Counted from the first letter of the stretch, positions 37,742 to 48,049 are shown. The stretch: 64,000 bases of DNA from an uncultured virus (IMG/VR IMGVR_UViG_2663763270_000002) (IMGVR_UViG_2663763270_000002), one strand, 5' to 3'. Notes: a model not told the origin generated them from the sequence alone. Numbers and translations: made by a program.

Positions 37742-39286
37742 TCAGGCTCGACCTGGCCGGTCGGGGTCAGGGACCTCGTAGGTGTTCTCCTTGAGGATCC
37801 GGGCGACTTCTTCGGCGACTTCGGGGTTGGACCAGTTGGGGTGGAGTTCCCGCACCGCGGTCTCGGTTGAGATCAGCTGCGCTGTCTTGAGATTCGCCAT
37901 CGCAGTGGACAGGGCGATAGGGTCTTGGTCGACGCGGACCGGGAACTTCATTTCCGGGTCGGCTTTCAACCCGTAGTCAGGCCGGTTGTAGACGATGCGG
38001 TCGAGTTCGAGCATCGTGCGTGCGAGCGGCTGCAACGCCGACTGCCAGTACAAGATCTTCCGCGCCCGGGTGGTGTTGCTTTTGTCCTTGCGCGCGGACA
38101 CTTCGGTGGCGGTCATCGTGCCGGTGCCGCTGTCGTCGAAATCGCCGACCGAGTAGCCGCACGCGCGCAGGATCTCCTTGACCAGCCGCTCGCACGTCTT
38201 CGCGTGTTCCTCGACCCGGATCGCGAACTGCTGCGCCTGCACCAATCGGGCGCCGGTGTCGTCGTTGACAGACATGCTGTCCGACGGGACGGGTGTGAAG
38301 ATCTGCTGTTCCGGGTCCCAGGAGGCGCCCTTGCCGGGTCCGTTGTCTTCAAGAAGTTCTTGGGCGACGAACAGGCGGGCCTTGGCGAGGTCGAGGTCCC
38401 GCATCCACGACGACCATGCTTCGTCGAGGGCGTCGAAGAGTGGTTCGACGCCTTCGAAGTCGGAGCGGCCGAGCGCGGACAGTTGCGGTACGTTGCGCCA
38501 GCGGCGGGCGGGCCGCACGTTCGGCACGTACGCTGCGGTCAGGCCCTCCACCCCGGTTGCGACAGACGAGTTTTCGTCGACCAGTTCCGCCGCCCACGTC
38601 ATTGAATCCAGCGAGTCCAGGGGCATGCGGCGTCCGATGTTGTCGCCGTCGCCGAGGTAGAGGGCGTGTTCGATGCGGCCGGGTTCGTGGTGCTCCAGGT
38701 GTCGCCAGGTGCCGTGCTTGTCCTTGGCGACGATCGTCCAGAAGGTGACGGCAGCGAGCTGGCCGTATCGCCATTGCGGGATGGCGGCGTCGGGGCCGAC
38801 CGCGGACAGCATCACCTTGTCGGTGGACGATTTGTCCCACCACAGGCGCAGGAACACCCCACCTAGTGCGGCTTGGACTTCCGCGCCTTCCAGCAGGGTG
38901 GCGACGGTGTCAGCGCCGTCCAGCAGTTCGTTCAACCGGGCTTGCGCGTCCTTCAGATTGGTGGCGTCGCCTTCGGTGAGAAGCCAGGACGGCGGCTGCC
39001 CGAACAGGAGGTCTGCGGAAGTGGTGGCGACGTCGGCTGCGGCAGGGACGTGCAGGCGTTTCGAGTCCTGAAGGACGGGGCGGCCCCACCAGAACCGTGC
39101 CAGGCGGCCGATCACTCCTCCGCGCAGCTGCGAGGTGCGGGGGGCGGGGAGTTGGTGTTGTCCGGAGTAGACGGCCTGGAGCACGTCGGTGTCGCCGGAC
39201 CACCATGCGCTGAAGACGCCGTAGGCGTCTTGGGCGATGTCGAACGGTTCGGGCGGCCAATCGCCGTGAAAGTCAGGCATCGGCAC
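37742..39286 (-). CDS. Portal protein
   Basis: LHVP..SADLLF, YVPN..LGRSD..LDE.WS, TATEV. Confidence 0.93.
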   Translation of the reverse strand: MPMPDFHGDWPPEPFDIAQDAYGVFSAWWSGDTDVLQAVYSGQHQLPAPRTSQLRGGVIGRLARFWWGRPVLQDSKRLHVPAAADVATTSADLLFGQPPSWLLTEGDATNLKDAQARLNELLDGADTVATLLEGAEVQAALGGVFLRLWWDKSSTDKVMLSAVGPDAAIPQWRYGQLAAVTFWTIVAKDKHGTWRHLEHHEPGRIEHALYLGDGDNIGRRMPLDSLDSMTWAAELVDENSSVATGVEGLTAAYVPNVRPARRWRNVPQLSALGRSDFEGVEPLFDALDEAWSSWMRDLDLAKARLFVAQELLEDNGPGKGASWDPEQQIFTPVPSDSMSVNDDTGARLVQAQQFAIRVEEHAKTCERLVKEILRACGYSVGDFDDSGTGTMTATEVSARKDKSNTTRARKILYWQSALQPLARTMLELDRIVYNRPDYGLKADPEMKFPVRVDQDPIALSTAMANLKTAQLISTETAVRELHPNWSNPEVAEEVARILKENTYEVPDPDRPGRA

Positions 39287-39359
39287 GGTGCGCCTCCAAG
39301 GGGGAATGTCTCGGGAAGCGCCCGCTACCGGTGGCGCTATGAAGTTCGGGGTCCGCGCA

Positions 39360-40481
39360 TCAGACGAGGCTCATTCGGGAGACTTCGCCGTCGCGGAGTA
39401 GGTAGGTCAGGCCGCCGCGTTTGGCGTCTTGGCCGTGGGCGTCGCGGTACCAGTCGGATCCGCAATCGAACGTCGAGGAGGAGATGCGGATCCGTTGAGC
39501 GCTGGTCTGGACCTCCCAGGAGTGCTGGTGTCCGTGCTGCAATACTTGTGCGCCGGCGGGGTTTTGGTTGCCGAAGCACTGTTCCTGCCACCATTTGAAG
39601 CCTTGTCCGATGCGCCATTGGTGGCCGTGGACGACGGTGACGGTGGTGGAGCCGACGGGGACGGTCATGCTGCCGTTCCACTTGTTCGGCACCCGCACTT
39701 CGACGTGCCCGAACGCGGCAGGGTTCATTTCGAGGGCGTCCGATACCGCGATCGCGGCTTCGGTGGCCCATCCGTCGCCGGGGTAGAAGTTCTGGGCGCG
39801 GGAGTGCTCGTCGTGGTTGCCGTTGACGACGTCCAAATACACCTTGTTGGTCAGTGGCGCGAACTGTTCGACGGTGTGGAGCATGAGGCGGCGCAGGATC
39901 CGGACTTGCTCGGTCACGGTTTCCTGGGTCAGCCACAGGTTCTTCGAGTTCTGCGACACCGAGCCTTCGATGCAGTCTCCTGGCATGGAGATTTGGACGC
40001 CCTCGATACCGTGGCGGGTCAGATGCCCGAACTCGGTGACCGCTGCGTCGACACTGTCGAGGTAGCGGGCGACGATCTGTTCGGTGCTTCCGTCGCGGGA
40101 GCGTTTGCCTAGTTGGAGGTCTCCGGCTTGGTAGACGAAGAAGTGTGGGCCGCCGCCGACTGGGTTGTGCGGTTGGTGCTCGTTGACTCGGTTGATGAGT
40201 TCGTCGAGGTTGGACGGCGCGGTTTTGGGGGCGATGTGGAACCGGTAGGCGGCTAGCCATTCGCCGTTGAACCCCTGCCAGCGGGATACACGCGGGTGGC
40301 CGACGATCTGCACCTCATCGGGGTTGTAGCCGAACTGTTCGAGCAGGTCGGTGTAGGAGGTGGGCGGTTGGGCCAGTGCGCCTGTCTGGACGTAGCCCTG
40401 TTGGCCGTCGAACTCGGTGCGGGGCCGGTATTCGACCTCTTGCGCGGTGGGCTGTTTGGAGAGGTCGTCGGCGAGGCTCAC
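39360..40481 (-). CDS. Calcineurin-like metallophosphoesterase
   Basis: GDLQ, GDCIE, GNHD, HGH, GHQH motifs. Confidence 0.85.
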   Translation of the reverse strand: MSLADDLSKQPTAQEVEYRPRTEFDGQQGYVQTGALAQPPTSYTDLLEQFGYNPDEVQIVGHPRVSRWQGFNGEWLAAYRFHIAPKTAPSNLDELINRVNEHQPHNPVGGGPHFFVYQAGDLQLGKRSRDGSTEQIVARYLDSVDAAVTEFGHLTRHGIEGVQISMPGDCIEGSVSQNSKNLWLTQETVTEQVRILRRLMLHTVEQFAPLTNKVYLDVVNGNHDEHSRAQNFYPGDGWATEAAIAVSDALEMNPAAFGHVEVRVPNKWNGSMTVPVGSTTVTVVHGHQWRIGQGFKWWQEQCFGNQNPAGAQVLQHGHQHSWEVQTSAQRIRISSSTFDCGSDWYRDAHGQDAKRGGLTYLLRDGEVSRMSLV

Positions 40482-40735
40482 GCGGTTTTCTCCTGTCGGG
40501 GGTAGCAGGAGCAGCGGCGGCGGCAGTGGCGACGGAACTGGGTTTCGCGTGCGGGGCAGCCGTTGCGGACCGCGATGGTGTGGAGGTCTGCGACGGCGCC
40601 GCCTCGTTCCAGGAACTCGGTGAATGCGGCGGCGTCACGTTTGTCGAGTTCGCTGAGCCATTCCCCTGTTTTGCAGGGCGGGCGCGGCTTTTCGAAAGCA
40701 GCTACTTCGTCTGCGAATGACATTCCGGCCTCCAT
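40478..40735 (-). CDS. Small Cys/His-rich protein
   Basis: C..RRHCRRRCSC; coupled to the phosphoesterase. Confidence 0.65.
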   Translation of the reverse strand: MEAGMSFADEVAAFEKPRPPCKTGEWLSELDKRDAAAFTEFLERGGAVADLHTIAVRNGCPARETQFRRHCRRRCSCYPRQEKTA

Positions 40736-40781
40736 AGTTTGTGATCAAAACTATGGTATCGCTGCTATGCAACCAGGGGTT

Positions 40782-42074
40782 TTATGCCGCGTCCGCGAGT
40801 TTGATGTAGCGGCGCCACTTCCGTTCAGCAGTGACGATCAGATAGCGAAGAGCGTCGATACCGTGGTCGTTCAGCTTCACGACCTGGTCCTTGCCTTCCG
40901 CGCTGGCCTTCTCATCCCACACATAGGCGGGGATCTCTTTGAGAAGTTCTGGGCATCGGTCGGTGAACTTGAGCTTGCCCGCACCCATGAGCGCAACCAT
41001 CGTCCGAATCCCGTAGGTGACGTCCTTGTTCGCTTTCGCGTTGGTCAGGCCGTCTTGCTTGAGCTGGACCCGGAAATCCAGTGCCGAGGAGTCCACGAAA
41101 ACAGGTGCGGTCAGTTTCGGTGGGTTGTCGGGGTCGTCGCTGGGATGGTGTGCGCTGTCGATCCACGCGCGGACACCCTTCGACAGTTCGACGTTGGACC
41201 AGCGCGCCGCCTCCGAGTCGGCCTTGTACCGCCACTCGTCCATCACATACAAAACGTCGTCAACCCCGTGCCCGACCATGACAGCATGGGTGGGGTTGGT
41301 GGTGCCGTGGTCGATCCCGACACCGAGGATCCACCGCATGTCCGGCAGTTCTTCCCACGGAATCACATGGGTTTCGCGGTCGAACATGTCGAACACCGCG
41401 CCCTCGGCGGCCACCCACTCCCCCAGGATGAACCGCTTGTAGAAGACGCCGGTGAACTCGGCCTTCTTGCGTGCGATGTACTTCGCTGACAGTTGCGGGT
41501 TGTCCTCCATGTAGAAGTTCCAGACCTGGACATCCATGCCCTCTTCGCCGACGCGGTCGATAAACTTCTTCTTCAGATAGTGCTCGGGATTGTCGGGGTT
41601 GGTCGTCGCCAGGCAGCGCGCGCCAGGTTCTGAAAGGCGGCCCTGAAGCTGGGTCCAGAAGTTCTCCGGCAGCAGTGTGGCTTCGTCGACGAGGGCGAGG
41701 TAGATGGTGGAGCCGCGGATCTTGGATTCCGCTGATTCGTCGTTGGCGCCGATCAAGTGAACGATGCGGCCGAGGATGACGGCCGTGGACGAGCCTCTGG
41801 TGTGGTGGATTTCCTTCGCCAGCGGCCCGAACAGCGACTTCTTCTGCATCGGTTCGAGAATGTTGCGCTCGATCGTCTGCAACGTTCGGCCGATGATGAC
41901 GAGCATGGCGTCCTCAGGGGCTTTGGCAACGCCGATGAAGAACGCGACGATGCTGGCGATCGACTTGCCTGAGCGGATCGCGCCGTTCCAGATGTTGATC
42001 GCGGCTTGTTCGCATTCGACGATGGAGGCGATCTGCTTGCGCGACATCGACAGGTTTCCCGTGTCGAGGGTCAC
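40782..42074 (-). CDS. terL: Terminase large subunit (PBSX-type)
   Basis: GAIRSGKS, VDEA, TTNP, GIDHG, DHGIDALRY. Confidence 0.96.
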   Translation of the reverse strand: MTLDTGNLSMSRKQIASIVECEQAAINIWNGAIRSGKSIASIVAFFIGVAKAPEDAMLVIIGRTLQTIERNILEPMQKKSLFGPLAKEIHHTRGSSTAVILGRIVHLIGANDESAESKIRGSTIYLALVDEATLLPENFWTQLQGRLSEPGARCLATTNPDNPEHYLKKKFIDRVGEEGMDVQVWNFYMEDNPQLSAKYIARKKAEFTGVFYKRFILGEWVAAEGAVFDMFDRETHVIPWEELPDMRWILGVGIDHGTTNPTHAVMVGHGVDDVLYVMDEWRYKADSEAARWSNVELSKGVRAWIDSAHHPSDDPDNPPKLTAPVFVDSSALDFRVQLKQDGLTNAKANKDVTYGIRTMVALMGAGKLKFTDRCPELLKEIPAYVWDEKASAEGKDQVVKLNDHGIDALRYLIVTAERKWRRYIKLADAA

Positions 42075-42553
42075 TCGTCGCCCCCGTCGTCTTCGTCGCT
42101 GTTCTCAGCGTTCTTGTCGAGGGTGTATGCCGTGTGCAGTGCTTCGACAAGCTGGCCAACCATCGACTTGGATTCTTCGCTGACGTTGCCCTTGGCGTCT
42201 GCGACTACCTTCAACTCGGCGTGTTTGTACAGGCCGAGGAGTTTGGCTCGCTGGTCTTCGATCGCGAGCGCGCGGTCGATCTTCCACGTGTCGCCGTGTG
42301 TGGCGTCGTTCCAGATGCCCGCCAGCATCGCGTCGAACCGCTGCTGTTGGATCTCTATGTACTCTTCGGCGTTCTCGCGGGTGATGTCGCGGATGGCGTG
42401 GCTGATCCATTTGGAGACGGTGGTGCGGCTGACCCCCATCTGTTCGGCGATGTCGGCTTGCGAGATGCCCGATAGCCGGAGTTCGAGTGCCCGGTTGCGG
42501 CGTTCTTGGGTTCCCGCGCGCTGTTCCGGGGAGAGTGTGTGTTTGCGTGCCAT
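42071..42553 (-). CDS. terS: Terminase small subunit (HTH)
   Basis: ALELRLSG.SQADIAEQMGVSRTTV..RAKLLGL; upstream of TerL. Confidence 0.8.
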   Translation of the reverse strand: MARKHTLSPEQRAGTQERRNRALELRLSGISQADIAEQMGVSRTTVSKWISHAIRDITRENAEEYIEIQQQRFDAMLAGIWNDATHGDTWKIDRALAIEDQRAKLLGLYKHAELKVVADAKGNVSEESKSMVGQLVEALHTAYTLDKNAENSDEDDGGDE

Positions 42554-42687
42554 GCTGGCGTACCTCCAGGATGCGCGGCGACACCTGGCCGGTCGCGATC
42601 TGTTGGGGGTGGGGCGGCTGCCACCTGGGCAAGCCGGTGAAGTGTGTTGTCGAGGGTGCACACTGTTGAATGCGGTGCATGCTCGGT

Positions 42688-42909
42688 ATGCTGGCTGGTA
42701 TGGATGACCAGTTGGCGTTGCTGGCGCATTACGCGGATCAGATCGACCACTACACGCGTGCGCGGGATGTTCTGCTGGTCGAGTTGCGGTCCCGGGAGGG
42801 GCGTCGTCCGACGTGGGAGCAGTTGGCGGGCGCGTTGCGGTTGTCCCGTACTGGGGTGATCAAATTGTTCAAGCGGGTCAGCGGCGCAGCAGGTTCGACA
42901 CCTGCGTGA
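42688..42909 (+). CDS. Small HTH protein on the opposite strand
   Basis: TWEQLAGALRLSRTGV. Confidence 0.55.
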   Translation: MLAGMDDQLALLAHYADQIDHYTRARDVLLVELRSREGRRPTWEQLAGALRLSRTGVIKLFKRVSGAAGSTPA

Positions 42910-43144
42910 ACGGGTCCAGTCGGCGAGGGATGGCGCCGAGGAGGTGTGCTGCGGTGGTGATGATCGCTGCACGGGTGAGGACCGGGTGTTTGGTGATGCC
43001 GCGGGCGCAGGCTGCGGTGAGCAGTTCGTCTGCGGGGGCGGCGATTTCGTAGATGGTGACGACGGTGAGGAGGGCGAGCCAGGTGGGGCCGCCGCGGAGC
43101 CGGGACCGGTAGCCGTCCATGTCAGTCCTCGGCTTCGTCCTCAC
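42878..43144 (-). CDS. Small membrane protein
   Basis: WLALL..YEIAAP..ELLT..HL..DPF. Confidence 0.6.
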   Translation of the reverse strand: MRTKPRTDMDGYRSRLRGGPTWLALLTVVTIYEIAAPADELLTAACARGITKHPVLTRAAIITTAAHLLGAIPRRLDPFTQVSNLLRR

Positions 43145-43295
43145 GTACCAGCACGATGTCGCCCATCATCTGGGTTTGCGCCGACCACAGAGCGGTGACC
43201 AGGTCGGTTGGTGACACCTGCACGGGTTCGGGTGTGTCGATGGACAGTTCGAATGGGCCCAGTTTCAGGCGGAACTTCATCAGGGCCTCCCGTGG

Positions 43296-43574
43296 TCAGG
43301 CTTCGTCGTCGTTTTCTGCGAGGCTCTGCTTGAGGCGGGTGAGCCGGTGTTGCAGGAGTCCCATTTGGACGTGTGTGGGGACGCTGTCGTCGCGGGTGAA
43401 CGATCCGACTGATGTCCAGGTGTCGCCATCGTCGTCGATGCCGCGTCGAGTAGCGACAACGACGTAGTCGAGCAGGAGCCCGGGGTCGTCGTCTTCGCTG
43501 TAGATGCGCCATACGGTGTCGATTGCCTCGGTGAGGGCGTCGTCGGCGGCGACCTGGTCAGGCGTCCTCGGCAT
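43296..43574 (-). CDS. Hypothetical phage protein
   Basis: LLDYVVV..PTH..GLL; coupled ORF. Confidence 0.6.
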   Translation of the reverse strand: MPRTPDQVAADDALTEAIDTVWRIYSEDDDPGLLLDYVVVATRRGIDDDGDTWTSVGSFTRDDSVPTHVQMGLLQHRLTRLKQSLAENDDEA

Positions 43575-43779
43575 CCGATGTCTCCTGTTCGCGGCCGTCG
43601 AGGCTGTGGTGCCTGATCAGCCAGCCGTCAATACGTCCCGTAGCGCGGTTGGTGATGGCGTGCCGCTCAGGGCCGCAGACGCAATCGACGGCCTCGTGGT
43701 GGATCAGGTCACCCAATGGCCAGCCGTGAACTTCGTCTGCGGTGAGTTGCCTGATCGCCCAGGGTTTCTGTTGCGTCAT
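43558..43779 (-). CDS. His/Cys-rich hypothetical protein
   Basis: HGWPLGDLIHH..CVCGP..HHSLDGRE. Confidence 0.6.
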   Translation of the reverse strand: MTQQKPWAIRQLTADEVHGWPLGDLIHHEAVDCVCGPERHAITNRATGRIDGWLIRHHSLDGREQETSDAEDA

Positions 43780-43793
43780 GCGCGCCCCTGTCG

Positions 43794-44033
43794 CTAGTGC
43801 TGTTGCGCTTCCGACTTCCGACGCGAGCGGATTCCGTACAGGTTCGCGGCGCCATATGTGAACGCCGACAGCAGGAACCACCACTGCTGGGTGGAGACGG
43901 CGTAGGCGATCCACAGGGCTTGTACGGCGAGACCGATGCCGGGGCCGAGCAGCGACTTCGGGTAGCGGTAGACGCAAACCAACCCGGTCACGCCGATCAT
44001 GGTCAGCGCGAAAGACCACCACTGCGAGATCAC
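43794..44033 (-). CDS. Small PnuC-like membrane protein
   Basis: Three TM segments, QALWIAYA..QW. Confidence 0.55.
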   Translation of the reverse strand: MISQWWSFALTMIGVTGLVCVYRYPKSLLGPGIGLAVQALWIAYAVSTQQWWFLLSAFTYGAANLYGIRSRRKSEAQQH

Positions 44034-44272
44034 GCCACGCCCTTCTGCACCGCCGCCGCCCATTTGAGGTTGTCGGGTGAGAACCCGGACCAATGCTGGT
44101 CACCGGCGACGACCACGGGTGCCTGCTTGTAGCCGAGTGCGCGGATCGCGTCGCGTGCCTCCGCATCTTCGGTGACGTCGACGAGGGTGTAGACCGCGCC
44201 GAGCTGGTCGAGCTTCTTCTTCGTCGCCTTGCATGGCTGACAGTTCGGACGGGTGTAGACCTTGATCTCCAT
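44030..44272 (-). CDS. nrdH: NrdH-like glutaredoxin (second copy)
   Basis: VYTRPNCQPC..GYKQAPVV..WSGF. Confidence 0.9.
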   Translation of the reverse strand: MEIKVYTRPNCQPCKATKKKLDQLGAVYTLVDVTEDAEARDAIRALGYKQAPVVVAGDQHWSGFSPDNLKWAAAVQKGVA

Positions 44273-44435
44273 CAACCGCGGCCCGCCTCGGCGTACCGTC
44301 GCTGTGCCTCCGCCAGGGAATCGCACGCATCCGCGATATCGCGTCGGCCGGCATCCCTTTCGGCATCGGTTCCGGCGGCAGCGAGACGGCGTTGCGCCCT
44401 GAACAGGCCGATTTCGGCAATGGCGAGGTCAAAGC

Positions 44436-45419
44436 TCATGGAAAGCGGACTCCAAGATCAGGCAAGGGTGGAAGCGGCGGCAAGACGGGAATGTATGACT
44501 CGATCGGGCCGGGCACGTGGTCCAGCACCTCCGGCGGAAGCGCCGGCTCCACCCACTCGGGCACATAGTCACGGATCGGGGTCGGCGCGTACGGCTCCGG
44601 CGTGAACGCATCGATGATCGGGTTGACGTCCTGGATGGACGGCAGCGGACCCGGCTCCCACGTCGGCAGCGGCAACGGCTCTTCGATCGGAGGCAGTCCC
44701 GTGGGCGTGTTCTGGGGGATGTTCGGGTTCGGGGACGGCATCTCCACGAAGTGGTCACCCGGACCGAGGTCTTGCCCCTCCCCCGGCGCGTACCCGTGCC
44801 AGCCGGTCAGGAACCCGTGCGCACCCAACCCGAAGCGGACCGGATCCGACCAGGGGGCGGGGCTGTCGCACACGAAGTCGTACTCGTGGCACACCGACGT
44901 CACATTCGGGGCCACCTCACGATGGTCCGGGTTCGACGTGCCCGGGTAGATGCCAGGGATTGCGTCGTAGATGCCGCCCGGTCGGCGCGGATCACCGTAC
45001 ACCACAACCTCGTCCGCGAGATGCGCTTGATTCCCCGCGACCTCGGCGCCGAGGCTGTGCCCGATCACCTTCACATGCCCGCCGGGGCATTCCTGCCGGT
45101 AGGCGCCGATCCGCGCGGCGAGGGCTTGCTCACCCTCCGCGACGGACTGGTCCTTGGTGTACGGGCCGGTCGGCCACACACTCGACGTGTAGTCCAGGGA
45201 CTCGACGCGCGCGCCTTCCGCGGCGGCCTGGTCGAGGTGGGCGTCCATCATCGTGTGGGCGCCAGCAGCTTGGGCGGCCTGCTCGCCGTTGCCGCCAACA
45301 CCGATCACCAGTGGACGGCAGTCGGGTTCCGCGACGGCGGTGGGGGCGGCGAATCCGAGCGGACCCAGCCAGAATACGAGGGAAGCGGCGCAGGCGGCGG
45401 CGGTGGTGCGGCGAGACAT
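44436..45419 (-). CDS. Secreted cutinase-family serine esterase
   Basis: Signal peptide; CPG..GHSLG; GDP; C..DFVC..H; Pro-rich tail. Confidence 0.85.
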   Translation of the reverse strand: MSRRTTAAACAASLVFWLGPLGFAAPTAVAEPDCRPLVIGVGGNGEQAAQAAGAHTMMDAHLDQAAAEGARVESLDYTSSVWPTGPYTKDQSVAEGEQALAARIGAYRQECPGGHVKVIGHSLGAEVAGNQAHLADEVVVYGDPRRPGGIYDAIPGIYPGTSNPDHREVAPNVTSVCHEYDFVCDSPAPWSDPVRFGLGAHGFLTGWHGYAPGEGQDLGPGDHFVEMPSPNPNIPQNTPTGLPPIEEPLPLPTWEPGPLPSIQDVNPIIDAFTPEPYAPTPIRDYVPEWVEPALPPEVLDHVPGPIESYIPVLPPLPPLPDLGVRFP

Positions 45420-46037
45420 TGGCGCCTCCTGGCGCTCGTGATCAACAGAAGCTGAGGCCCGCCGGCTCCCGAGGTAGCGAAAACCGGCCGGCGGGCCGAC
45501 CGCGGCGCTTGCAGCTGCCTGCGGTCACGCCACCTGTGATGCCCTGCGGCCTGCGCGGCGTGAGATCGGCGCGGCGGCCCCGGGTGATTGGGGCACGAGG
45601 GTGGTGGCGAAACTTGCGGTGTTGGTTTGGGGTCACCAGGTAGGCACCGACTACCTTCTGCGTTACCTCACAGGGGAGGTCGCACCGCGCACGTAGGGGC
45701 GGTTAAGTCATTGGATCGAGCGCGGCTTCGCGCCTACGATCTGGGCATGGCGATCAAGGGGATCGAGAGCGCTCGCTTGAAGTTCGAGCATGCCGAGAGG
45801 CACCTCCAGGCGCTCACGAAGAGCGTGACGGACTTCGCCGACGGTCATCCTTGCCACTGCACGGTGGCGTGGGAGCGGAACCACCCTGAGTACATATGTC
45901 ATGTGGTGGTCAAGGAGGCATCCACCGTGCCTGACCTGGTCGCGCTACAAGCGTCCGATTACATCGGCAACCTGCGCGCGGCCCTCGATCACGCGGTGTA
46001 TACACGGGACTGATGCAGGATTCGGTGACAGGTTCGG

Positions 46038-46910
46038 TCACGCGGCCTGACTGGCCGGTGGGGTCATGATTACTTCGTATTCGACGGGCGTCAAACGCCC
46101 GAGGCCGGTCTGCCGGCGCCGCCGGTGGTAGGTGCGTTCGATCCAGGTGACGATCGCGATGCGCAACTCCTCACGCGTGGACCAGGATCGGCGGTCCAGG
46201 ACGTTGCGCTGCAAGAGCGCGAAGAAGCTTTCCATCGCGGCGTTGTCACCGGCCGCGCCTACCCTGCCCATCGACCCTGTCATGCCGTGACGAGTCAAGG
46301 CGTGCACGAACTTCCGGCTTCGAAATTGCGACCCGCGGTCGCTGTGAAGCACACATCCGGCAACGTCGCCGCGCCGGGCGACAGCATTGTTGAGTGCCCG
46401 GACCGCAAGCACCGACTTCATGCGGGAGTCGATGGAATACCCGACGATCCGGTTGGAGAACACGTCCTTCACTGCGCAGATGTAGAGCTTGCCCTCACCG
46501 GTCCAATGTTCGGAAATGTCCGATAGCCACAGCTGGTTCGGGGCATCGGCGGTGAAGTTGCGGCGGACCAGGTCCTCGTGCACCGGCGGGCCCGGTCTGC
46601 CCTTCCCGCCGCGCTTCTTGCCGAACACGCTCCACCAACCTCGTGCCGAGCAGATCCGCCACGCGGTGCGATCGGCCATCGGCTCGCCCGCGGCCCGAGC
46701 CTCGTCAGCGAGAAACCGGTACCCGAACTCCGGATCGTCACGGTGAGCATCGAACAGCGCGTTCGCTCGATACGCCTCGTCGAGTTCGGCAGTCGTAACC
46801 GGTTCGGCGAGCCACCGGTAGTAGGGCTGGCGGGCCAGCCCCAACACCCGGCACGTCACCGCGACGGGAATCCCGTCGTCGGCCAGCTCACGGACGAGCG
46901 GGTAGGTCAT
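46038..46910 (-). CDS. IS3 OrfB DDE transposase
   Basis: WLSDISE, HSDRGSQF, DNAAMESFF. Confidence 0.95.
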   Translation of the reverse strand: MTYPLVRELADDGIPVAVTCRVLGLARQPYYRWLAEPVTTAELDEAYRANALFDAHRDDPEFGYRFLADEARAAGEPMADRTAWRICSARGWWSVFGKKRGGKGRPGPPVHEDLVRRNFTADAPNQLWLSDISEHWTGEGKLYICAVKDVFSNRIVGYSIDSRMKSVLAVRALNNAVARRGDVAGCVLHSDRGSQFRSRKFVHALTRHGMTGSMGRVGAAGDNAAMESFFALLQRNVLDRRSWSTREELRIAIVTWIERTYHRRRRQTGLGRLTPVEYEVIMTPPASQAA

Positions 46911-47200
46911 TTTCCCGGCAGATTCGCCTGCGCAAAATAGGCGGCGGCTCGTTTGAGAACCTCGTTCTCCTGCTCCAGCAGCCGAATCCGGCGCCTGGCT
47001 TCCCGAAGCTCCGCCGCCTCGCTTGAGGTCATGCCCGGTTTCACACCATCGTCGACATCGGTTTGCCGCATCCATTTCGACAGCGTCATCGGGTGGATCC
47101 CGAAATCCGCGGCGACCTGCTCCAACGTCACCCCGTCATCACGGTTGCGAGCCACCCGGACGACATCGTCACGGAACTCGCGGGGATAAGGCTTGGGCAC
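46907..47200 (-). CDS. IS3 OrfA
   Basis: PKPYPREFRDDVV HTH; LEQENEVLKRAAAYF zipper. Confidence 0.93.
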   Translation of the reverse strand: MPKPYPREFRDDVVRVARNRDDGVTLEQVAADFGIHPMTLSKWMRQTDVDDGVKPGMTSSEAAELREARRRIRLLEQENEVLKRAAAYFAQANLPGK

Positions 47201-47827
47201 AGCGACATCCTTCCAGCCCACCCGAAGGCAAGCCACATCAGGTGTCACCTACCCCTGCAGCAGCCCCCACATGTGGTTGAGCACTGTGCGAAGAACGGCA
47301 TTGCATTGTCGCTTAGGGATGAACGGAACGTGAAATTCCCGATCATCGAATCGGAGAAGAAGATCCAGGACCAGACTTGGTTTTCGGCGCCAGTCTTGGA
47401 TGTGCTGGAGAAACACCAGCCGGGTCTTCTCCCCGACCCGCTCGACCATCCTTTGGCCCAGTTGAACAGGCTTGTGAACCACGACAAGCACCGGCTGATG
47501 CTCGTCACGAACAGTGCCTTCATCGAAAGCGACGTAGTCTACTCGGACGAGTTCGAGTTCGTGCGGGATGACAGTCCCCCCGACGGCGAGCTGCGACCTG
47601 GATACGAACTCGCGGCATGGGTGTTCCGCGCTACCGTCCCACAGCTGACGAGACACCCTCATCATCTGATCAAGATTGGGCAGATCGGCTACCACATCTC
47701 GATCGACTTGCCCGACAGCAACCGCTTCGAGCACCTGCTGCCGACGATGAACGCTATCCGCGATCGGGTGGGGCAGGTGCTTGACGACCTCGAAGCCGCC
47801 GGGGTCACTTAGCTTGCACCAGTCCGG

Positions 47828-48049
47828 TCACGAGCGTCGTTTGCCGCCGCCGGGCCAGCGCCCGAACACGATCCGGTAGTAGCGGGCTGCGAGCCCGGAC
47901 GCTTCACGCAGCGACATGTGTTGCAGCAGCAGTGTTTGCAACGTGATGAACGGATGCTCGGAGGTCGCCCACTTGGCTTTGCCTTCACCGGTCGTCCAGT
48001 ATTCGTTCAGCTCACGGGACGCACCGGTCTTGCCGTCAGGATCAGCCAT
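47828..48049 (-). CDS. Small hypothetical phage protein
   Basis: RBS AGGAGG; YWTTGEGKAKW..G.WPG. Confidence 0.65.
   Translation of the reverse strand: MADPDGKTGASRELNEYWTTGEGKAKWATSEHPFITLQTLLLQHMSLREASGLAARYYRIVFGRWPGGGKRRS

Larger units (their letters stand above)
46006..47267 (-). mobile_element. IS3-family insertion sequence
   Basis: Imperfect IRs GGGACTGATGCAGG..GGTGACA / GGGGCTGCTGCAGG..GGTGACA; 3-bp target duplication CAC (46003-5, 47268-70). Confidence 0.93.
45747..47812 (+). pseudogene. HEPN-like moron gene split by IS3
   Basis: Removing the IS and one CAC copy restores frame: NLRAALDHAVYT-HVVEHC..LNRLVNHDKHR. Confidence 0.75.
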
